60,537 nt of DNA from Eubacteriales bacterium (GTDB taxonomy: Bacteria; Bacillota; Clostridia; Oscillospirales; CAG-272): the NCBI GenBank assembly GCA_045124835.1, contig JBGVMO010000124.1, forward strand, positions 1 through 60,537. Reading direction: 5' to 3'. Of the stretch, positions 28,170-34,078 are shown piece by piece. The first letter of the stretch is position 1; the number at the start of each line of letters is the position of its first letter. Position numbers and translations under genes: made by a program. The notes beneath the pieces were generated by a model that saw only the letters and a program-made list of their open reading frames with translations, had not been told where the DNA came from and made no database searches.

Positions 28170-29078
28170 ATGATATACGACATTGTTGTTGTAGGTGCAG
28201 GCCCTGCGGGCTTAACGGCCGCCATTTATGCCTGCCGCGCAGATAAAAAGGTTTTGGTTTTGGAAAAGGCCACCTTCGGCGGTCAAATAACCTCCTCTCC
28301 CTGCGTTGAAAATTATCCCGGATACGTCAAAATGAGCGGTAACGAGTTTGCCGACAAGCTGCTTGAGCAGGCAATGGCGCTCGGCACGGACATTGAAATG
28401 GCAGAGGCCACCGCCATCGAGGACAAGGATGGGCTTCGTCTGGTGCGTACCGACAGAGGTGATTTCACCGCCCGCGCCGTGATTCTCGCAACGGGCGCCA
28501 AGCACCGCCCTCTTGGCATTGCCAACGAGGAAAAATTTGTTGGGCGCGGTATTTCCTATTGCGCCGTTTGTGACGGTGCCTTCTATCGTGGAAAGGACGT
28601 TTTGATGATTGGCGGCGGAAACTCCGCCTTGCAGGAGACCGTTCTTTTGGCCGATATGTGCAAGAGTGTTACCGTGGTGCAAAATCTTTCCTTCTTGACG
28701 GGTGAGCCCAGGCTTATTCGCAAGCTGGAGGAAAAGGAAAACGTCAAAATTATTCTTTCGCACGTAGTGGACTCCTTGGAGGGAGATACCGATTTGCGCC
28801 GTGTTGTCATTCGGCACGCCGAGACGGGCGAAAAGAAGATTCTCCAAACAGACGGAATGTTCGTTTGCATCGGGCAGATGCCCGAAAACGAGGCTTTCGC
28901 CAATCGCGTTGAGGTGAACGAGGCGGGCTATATCGCCGCAGGCGAGGATTGTCTGACGAGAGATAAGGCCATCTTCGTGGCAGGTGACTGCCGCACCAAG
29001 CGTGTGCGCCAGATAACCACAGCCGCGGCAGACGGAAGCGTTGCGGCAGTTGCGGCCTGTCGCTATCTTGACAACTGA
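28170..29078 (+). CDS. trxB: thioredoxin-disulfide reductase
   Basis: Start trimmed to ATG 28170 (MIYDIVVVGAGPAGLTAAIYA) after GAAAGGAAA. It has the redox-active CAVCDG, GGGNSALQE, and GDC near the C-terminus. Confidence 0.9.
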   Translation: MIYDIVVVGAGPAGLTAAIYACRADKKVLVLEKATFGGQITSSPCVENYPGYVKMSGNEFADKLLEQAMALGTDIEMAEATAIEDKDGLRLVRTDRGDFTARAVILATGAKHRPLGIANEEKFVGRGISYCAVCDGAFYRGKDVLMIGGGNSALQETVLLADMCKSVTVVQNLSFLTGEPRLIRKLEEKENVKIILSHVVDSLEGDTDLRRVVIRHAETGEKKILQTDGMFVCIGQMPENEAFANRVEVNEAGYIAAGEDCLTRDKAIFVAGDCRTKRVRQITTAAADGSVAAVAACRYLDN

Positions 29079-29089
29079 TGTGAAAAAAG

Positions 29090-29136
29090 AAAAAAGCAAG
29101 CACACGGGAAATCTCGTATGCTTGCTCTTTTTTTGT
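29090..29136. terminator. bidirectional intrinsic terminator at left edge of phage-like cluster
   Basis: aaaaaAGCAAGCA-N16-TGCTTGCTcttttttt, between trxB (+) and the ORF ending at 29138 (-). Confidence 0.7.
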
Positions 29137-29137
29137 T

Positions 29138-30037
29138 TTAGGCTTCGCCTTCTTTTTTCTCGGAGGGCGTTGGCGCCTTGTCTTCACCGAGGGCGGTGCT
29201 TTCGGAAAGCGAGGGCAGAAAATCCTTAAAATATTCTTCAAGCAGGTCGCTTTGCTCCTCTAAATAGAGGGCCGTGTCCTTGGCAATGTTGCAATAGCCT
29301 GCCCGATAGCCCTTAATGCCGTTAAAAACCAGGGTGAAAACCTTGGAAATGTATCCGACCAAAAGGGCAGGGTTCGGGTTGATGATAATCTCGCAAAGCA
29401 CCGAAACCGAGAAAAATGCGGTAAAAAGAGAGGCCAGAAGGTAGGGTATAAAGCGGTGTCGCTTGGCGGCGGCAGGGCTTTTCGCAAGAGGAGGGCGGTA
29501 GCCGCCCTCCTCCCGACTTAGTAGAAGCATCGAGGGAAGAATGCGTACCTCGCGCATCCTTTTCACGCGCGAGAGGCCTCTTTTCTGCATAGCGGAAAGC
29601 GAGGCGGAGGCCGCATCCGCCAAGTCCTTCTTTGATAGACCGTAGTAGGAAAGCAAAGCGCTTCGCTTGCTTTCGGTCTCGCGCAAGCTGACCTTGTTGC
29701 AAAAGAGAAGAAGCGAGTTTATATCGCCCTTTTCCCGAAAGCGCAAATGCAAGGCGTCAGCGCGCGCCTTGGCGGCGCCAAATTCCTTTTCCTGACGGGC
29801 TCTGTCTGCGCCCGTCTCCGAGAGAGAAAAATACATCACGTAGGAGGCAAAAAGCAGAATGAGAAACTGTATAGAAAAGGAAAGAGAGCCTTGAAGAGAA
29901 ACGGTAATATCCGTGAAAAAGAGGGCGGATACCGATAAAAAGGTGAAAACGGCGCACACGATGCCGAGATTGGAAAGCACGCCGCGCAAGGCGCCGCGCT
30001 CCTCGCGAAGCGGCGCCTCGGAAAAGGGATTGGACAT
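29138..30037 (-). CDS. membrane protein, unknown function (2+2 TM with helical cytoplasmic linker)
   Basis: TAGGAGG RBS. Hydrophobic segments are LGIVCAVFTFLSVSALFF, FSIQFLILLFASYVMYF, FIPYLLASLFTAFFSVSVLC and ALLVGYISKVFTLVF. It is the last gene of the operon. Confidence 0.6.
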   Translation of the reverse strand: MSNPFSEAPLREERGALRGVLSNLGIVCAVFTFLSVSALFFTDITVSLQGSLSFSIQFLILLFASYVMYFSLSETGADRARQEKEFGAAKARADALHLRFREKGDINSLLLFCNKVSLRETESKRSALLSYYGLSKKDLADAASASLSAMQKRGLSRVKRMREVRILPSMLLLSREEGGYRPPLAKSPAAAKRHRFIPYLLASLFTAFFSVSVLCEIIINPNPALLVGYISKVFTLVFNGIKGYRAGYCNIAKDTALYLEEQSDLLEEYFKDFLPSLSESTALGEDKAPTPSEKKEGEA

Positions 30038-30045
30038 AGAACCTC

Positions 30046-30393
30046 CTATCTTTTTGTCTTTCCTTCATAGCGGCGCGCGAGCGCGAAGCATAGAGCGCCC
30101 AGCATACTGAAGGGAAAGGCAACGAGAGAAACGGCTATCAAGCCGTCAATGATGTTGCGGAACAGGGATAAAAAAAGCCAAAGCAAGAACCAAAGCATCC
30201 AAGCGGACGGGCTTTTCAGGGCTCTCTTAATCGTTTTGATAAAGGGCAAGGCCACCAAAGTCAAAACGGAAATGCCCAAAAAGGAAAGGGCGGACTTTCC
30301 ATCGGAAAGCCAGATGGGGAAATACTCCAAGGAGGAAAAGAGGGCGGGAAGAATGCAAAAGCCGAAGCCCGCGATTTTTAAACAGGGTATCAT
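30046..30393 (-). CDS. small 4-TM membrane protein, holin-like by size and position only
   Basis: 115 aa, almost entirely hydrophobic helices, with a short basic C-terminus RRYEGKTKR. Confidence 0.5.
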   Translation of the reverse strand: MIPCLKIAGFGFCILPALFSSLEYFPIWLSDGKSALSFLGISVLTLVALPFIKTIKRALKSPSAWMLWFLLWLFLSLFRNIIDGLIAVSLVAFPFSMLGALCFALARRYEGKTKR

Positions 30394-30433
30394 AAAATCT
30401 CCATTCTGCCAGAGGGGCGGTGGGCACGCGCCT

Positions 30434-31060
30434 TTAATTTTCCTCCAGCGTCTTTTGGAGCGCCAGATAACGCTCGCTCATCAAATCCTTTTGTGCCTGG
30501 GGAAGATTGACGCATTGCAGCATACGGAAGAGAAGCTCCGTTTCGGTTTGCAGGGCGGCGGTGGTTTTCTTTTTCTCCCTGACACTCTCTTCAAGCGCCG
30601 CCTCCAAGGCGGCAAGGCGCTTTTCTGTTTCACTTAAAACGCTAAGCGCGCTTTGCGAGGCCAAAACGGCGGCCTCGGCGCCCTCCTTTAAGACGGAAAG
30701 CTTTTCCTCGGCCAAGGAGGAAAACTCCTCTGCCTGTTTTCCGGCTTTTCCGCTTGCATCGCAAAGTGCGGAAAGCCCTGCGCGCAGCAGAGGCACGAGC
30801 CCCGTTTTGTAAAGTAAGGTTGGCACGAGAGAGGCAATAAAGGCAAGCGCGCAGAGAACCTTCTCGGCGTGCGCATTCCAAAAGTCTGAAACGGCCTCGG
30901 TAAAGGCGGTGCGGCTCATCTCTTCTTCTCCGTTTGTGCTTAAGGGCGCATTGCTTTGGCCTTCAATGTCCTCGGCAACGGCCGCTTCTGCGCAAACAGA
31001 GAGCGAAAAAAGCGCGGCCAAGAGTAAAACGAAAACCAAAAGGTATACGGTTTTTTTCAT
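30434..31060 (-). CDS. signal-peptide or N-terminally anchored coiled-coil protein
   Basis: ATG 31060 lies 6 nt after GGAGG. MKKTVYLLVFVLLLAALFSLSVCAEA is followed by one more hydrophobic helix and a long Ala/Glu/Leu heptad-like region. Confidence 0.6.
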   Translation of the reverse strand: MKKTVYLLVFVLLLAALFSLSVCAEAAVAEDIEGQSNAPLSTNGEEEMSRTAFTEAVSDFWNAHAEKVLCALAFIASLVPTLLYKTGLVPLLRAGLSALCDASGKAGKQAEEFSSLAEEKLSVLKEGAEAAVLASQSALSVLSETEKRLAALEAALEESVREKKKTTAALQTETELLFRMLQCVNLPQAQKDLMSERYLALQKTLEEN

Positions 31061-31077
31061 AAATTTCCTCCAAAATA

Positions 31078-31470
31078 TCAAATATCAAAGAGCGAAGGGC
31101 CGAGAAAGCGCGCAGAAAGGCGCGCTTCGCTTCTTTCAAGCCCTTGCAGGCGAAGCTGCATTTCATCGATTCGCTCCAAAAGCGCGAGAATAACCCGCTC
31201 GGTCGGGAAGGATATCGGCTTGACGAGAGCACCGTGGCGATATAGGCGCTGGCAGGGAAGCTTAACGCCCTCTATTTTGATAGCAACGGTGTTTTCCCCC
31301 TCGGCCAAATCGGTGGGAGAAATGCGAAAAATGCTCTTTTTTGCGCCCGCCTCAAGAGGCGCGCCGTTGATGCAAAGAACGCAATCCCTTTCCGTGTTGA
31401 CGTAAAAGGGCCCCTCCTCTTCCTTGGAGTCGGCAAAGATGCAAAAGCCATCGAGAATTTTTACGTTCAT
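31078..31470 (-). CDS. hypothetical protein (beta-rich N-terminus, short C-terminal coiled coil)
   Basis: 130-aa track ORF. Its ATG overlaps the stop of the XkdX-like ORF (ATGA at 31470-31467). Confidence 0.55.
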   Translation of the reverse strand: MNVKILDGFCIFADSKEEEGPFYVNTERDCVLCINGAPLEAGAKKSIFRISPTDLAEGENTVAIKIEGVKLPCQRLYRHGALVKPISFPTERVILALLERIDEMQLRLQGLERSEARLSARFLGPSLFDI

Positions 31471-31604
31471 GCCTCTCTCCTTTCACGCAAGATAGCGTCC
31501 TTCTCCGCTTCGGTAATAAAGCCCTTCTTAGCGGCGTCCTCCACTCTTTTTGAGGACCAAAGGCCCGATAAGTAAAAGGCGCGGATTTTTTCAAGCCTCG
31601 TCAT
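31467..31604 (-). CDS. XkdX-family small phage protein (45 aa; below the ORF-track cut-off)
   Basis: My own translation is MTRLEKIRAFYLSGLWSSKRVEDAAKKGFITEAEKDAILRERREA. This matches the XkdX pattern I recall (i..fY..G.w....V...V.kG.IT.eEy..I). Both ends overlap neighbouring ORFs. Confidence 0.55.
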   Translation of the reverse strand: MTRLEKIRAFYLSGLWSSKRVEDAAKKGFITEAEKDAILRERREA

Positions 31605-31749
31605 TCTTTTTTTCCTCCTCAAGTGAAATGCTTGCCATCATGGCAAGATAGTAAAGGTCTGCCTCAAGCGCGGCGTTTTTGGCGGCAAGGGCAGCGCATT
31701 CCTCCTGCGCCTCGTGCAAGGCGCGGTGGAGATTCTTGTAAATCAGCAT
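31591..31749 (-). CDS. 52-aa coiled-coil protein
   Basis: ATG 31749 follows AAAGGAGAA. Translation is MLIYKNLHRALHEAQEECAALAAKNAALEADLYYLAMMASISLEEEKKNDEA. I trimmed the track ORF because its N-terminus overlaps the upstream gene. Confidence 0.45.
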   Translation of the reverse strand: MLIYKNLHRALHEAQEECAALAAKNAALEADLYYLAMMASISLEEEKKNDEA

Positions 31750-31768
31750 AGCTTCTCCTTTCTTACGG

Positions 31769-32941
31769 TTAGGCGATAACGCACAGGGGGGCAATGCCCG
31801 CTGCAACGTTAGCGGCAATTTCGGTAATAGCGCCTGTATTCGTAACCGCCTTGCAGAAGCAAAGGGAGTCCTCGTTTACCGAGCGCAAAAGCCAAGAGGT
31901 CGGAACGCCGTTTTGATACTTGATGCGTGCCTTGTCCTTTTCGGCCGTGGGGGCGACGTTTTCGGAAAAGAAGCGGTAGTAGCGGTAAGGAGCGCCCTCG
32001 CTTTCACCTCCGTCGAGGGTGGGGGCGGCAAAGATTTCGCTTTCGGCGGGCAAGAAGAAAAGGTCCTCGGTTTCGGTATACGCACCGCCGAAAAACACCT
32101 TGTTTTCGCGGCTTTTCTTTTTTGCAGGGTAAAGCACTGCGAGAAAATCCTCGTCAAGTCCGTACATAAAGCCGTTAACGTCGTAATTCCAGGTGGCGTA
32201 ATGCTCGCACGCGGTGGGCGTGCCCTTAAAAATACTGCCCTTGGGGGCATTGCTGTTGAGATAGGTGCGAATCATGGAATAGCGCCAAAGGTTGTAGCCG
32301 TAGCGAATGCGCTCTGCGGAGGCAAGGGCGGAAACGGGGAGAGCCGTGCCGCTTTGCCCCTCGTATACCGAGACCGTCTCTATGGGGGTGGTGGCAAAGG
32401 CGGAGGTGAAGGTGGAAAGGGGGGTGCTTACGGCCGTTTTGCCCACCGTCCACGGAAAGAAGAGGTGGCCGCCCGCCGGCACGTCCTTTTGCAGCGTGAA
32501 GTGGTAATAGCAGTCCCCACCCTCAAGCAAATCCGTGGTAGAAAGAGGCTTCTTTCCATACAGATAAAAGGAATAGGTGCCTGCCGGGAGCTTTGAGGAG
32601 CAAAAGAAAAGGGAGTGCGAGAGCGCAAAGGGAAGCAACGCGATAGGGTTATGCAGCTGAAGGGTAAGAGAGTGGCGCGGCGTGCCGTCGGCGTGGGATA
32701 CGCTCTCGTCGTCAAGCCCAACAACGTCCCAAATGAGATTTTTTCCTTCCTTTTGGCAAATCAGCTGATCCCCCACCGAAAGCAGCTCCTTGGCAACGCC
32801 TGTGCGCACCAACGCCTGAAGCTCCTGCCATGAATTCGGGTACAGCGTTTCCTTGCGCGCCAAAACGCGCAAAAGGGCGTTCTGCGTGTCCATTTTTTCG
32901 GCAAAGGTAGTGTCGGATAAAATGTTAATAAATGTTGACAT
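31769..32941 (-). CDS. tail-fibre / receptor-binding-like protein
   Basis: 390 aa with a GAAAGGAAA RBS. Its position is distal to the large tail protein. The C-terminus ...PTSWLLRSVNE...AGIAPLCVIA resembles the WWLRS...RPA ending of DUF6273-type domains, recalled from memory only. Confidence 0.4.
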   Translation of the reverse strand: MSTFINILSDTTFAEKMDTQNALLRVLARKETLYPNSWQELQALVRTGVAKELLSVGDQLICQKEGKNLIWDVVGLDDESVSHADGTPRHSLTLQLHNPIALLPFALSHSLFFCSSKLPAGTYSFYLYGKKPLSTTDLLEGGDCYYHFTLQKDVPAGGHLFFPWTVGKTAVSTPLSTFTSAFATTPIETVSVYEGQSGTALPVSALASAERIRYGYNLWRYSMIRTYLNSNAPKGSIFKGTPTACEHYATWNYDVNGFMYGLDEDFLAVLYPAKKKSRENKVFFGGAYTETEDLFFLPAESEIFAAPTLDGGESEGAPYRYYRFFSENVAPTAEKDKARIKYQNGVPTSWLLRSVNEDSLCFCKAVTNTGAITEIAANVAAGIAPLCVIA

Positions 32942-32962
32942 TTTGATTTCCTTTCGAGATTT

Positions 32963-34015
32963 TTAAGCCTTTTCGGTCAAAAGAATGCCGGGCATTCCAT
33001 CCTTCAAGGCAAGCGAACAGAGATAAACCTGTCCTGTTTTTTCGTCGGTCAGCGTGTGCAATGCCTCAAGCTCCGCTTTTTTGGCAAAATCGGCAGAGCA
33101 AAGTCCCTTGTTGAGCGTCAGGCTGTTGCCGACGGCGGTTATTTCCGTCACAATGTCGCCCTCACCCTCGGCGCGAAGTACCGTGGTTTTGACAAGGTCG
33201 CCAACGCGAATGTAAATATGATCGGCGTTTTCCGAGGAAAGCGTCAGGTCGATGTAGGCCTCGCCAACCTCGTAGGAGGCAACGGGCACCCCCGCCACTT
33301 CGCACGTGCGAAGCACGCCGCTTTTAACAACCAAATCTCGCGGAATGTTGATATCGACCGAGGAAAGCGCGGGGGAATAAAGTGGGTCTCCCATGGCGTC
33401 CTCTCCTGTGCGGTATTCAAGGCGGTAGACCTTTGCATACTCGTTTGAGGGGGCTTCGGCAATGCGAAAGCCGTAAGGGAGGCTTCTTTTCAGGGAAGCA
33501 AGGGCGTCGCGCCCCTCCTTTTCAATGGCATCGGTGCGCGCCTTTATCGCGGCATCTTCGGTGGCGCGGGTGCTTTCCTCGGCCAAAAGGCGCGCAAGTA
33601 TGGCCTCCTTGCCCTCGGAAAGAGCGTCAAGCGTCTTGGAAAAGGCTGTAAGCTCTGCTTTGCACGCAGTGAAGGCCTCAGAAAGACTGGCGTCGCCATC
33701 AAGGGAAAGGTAAGTGGAAAAGCGGCCGGAGGTAATGTCGGCAAAGAGCTCCTCCAAGGAATGCCCCTTGGCAATACCCGTTGCAACGAGCGCGGCCAAG
33801 GAAGCACTGCGCGCTTCATCCGTATAAAGTCCCAAGGCGTCGATTAGGGCGTTGAAGCGCTCGACAAGCAAAAGCGGAAGCTTATCGAAGGCGGCGCGCA
33901 GCTCCTTGGCAGAAAGCGTCCGTCCTCCGTAAAGAGAAGGCGAAGAGGGGCGCGTTGCGAGCGAGGAAACGGTGCTTTCCTCAAGCTCGGCATTTAAAAT
34001 TTTGGATATACTCAT
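32963..34015 (-). CDS. fibre-like structural protein
   Basis: 350 aa. The N-terminal segment RPSSPSLYGGRTLSAKELRAAFDKLP...NALIDAL is followed by a coiled coil and a beta-rich C-terminus. This layout is typical of trimeric phage fibres. Assignment is by architecture only. Confidence 0.4.
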   Translation of the reverse strand: MSISKILNAELEESTVSSLATRPSSPSLYGGRTLSAKELRAAFDKLPLLLVERFNALIDALGLYTDEARSASLAALVATGIAKGHSLEELFADITSGRFSTYLSLDGDASLSEAFTACKAELTAFSKTLDALSEGKEAILARLLAEESTRATEDAAIKARTDAIEKEGRDALASLKRSLPYGFRIAEAPSNEYAKVYRLEYRTGEDAMGDPLYSPALSSVDINIPRDLVVKSGVLRTCEVAGVPVASYEVGEAYIDLTLSSENADHIYIRVGDLVKTTVLRAEGEGDIVTEITAVGNSLTLNKGLCSADFAKKAELEALHTLTDEKTGQVYLCSLALKDGMPGILLTEKA

Positions 34016-34078
34016 AGCTTATTGCCCTCGCCCACAAGGAGCGAGGGCCTCCTTTTTTGTTGGATTTTTGTGCGTCTG

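Noticed and set aside
28212-29105. 297-aa minus-strand ORF
   Set aside because: It is antisense to trxB.
31352-31594. 80-aa TTG-start minus ORF (MKKSAPFTYRAFGPQKEW...)
   Set aside because: It overlaps the 130-aa gene out of frame. The same region is better explained by the 45-aa XkdX-like ORF (31467-31604), which has ATGA coupling.
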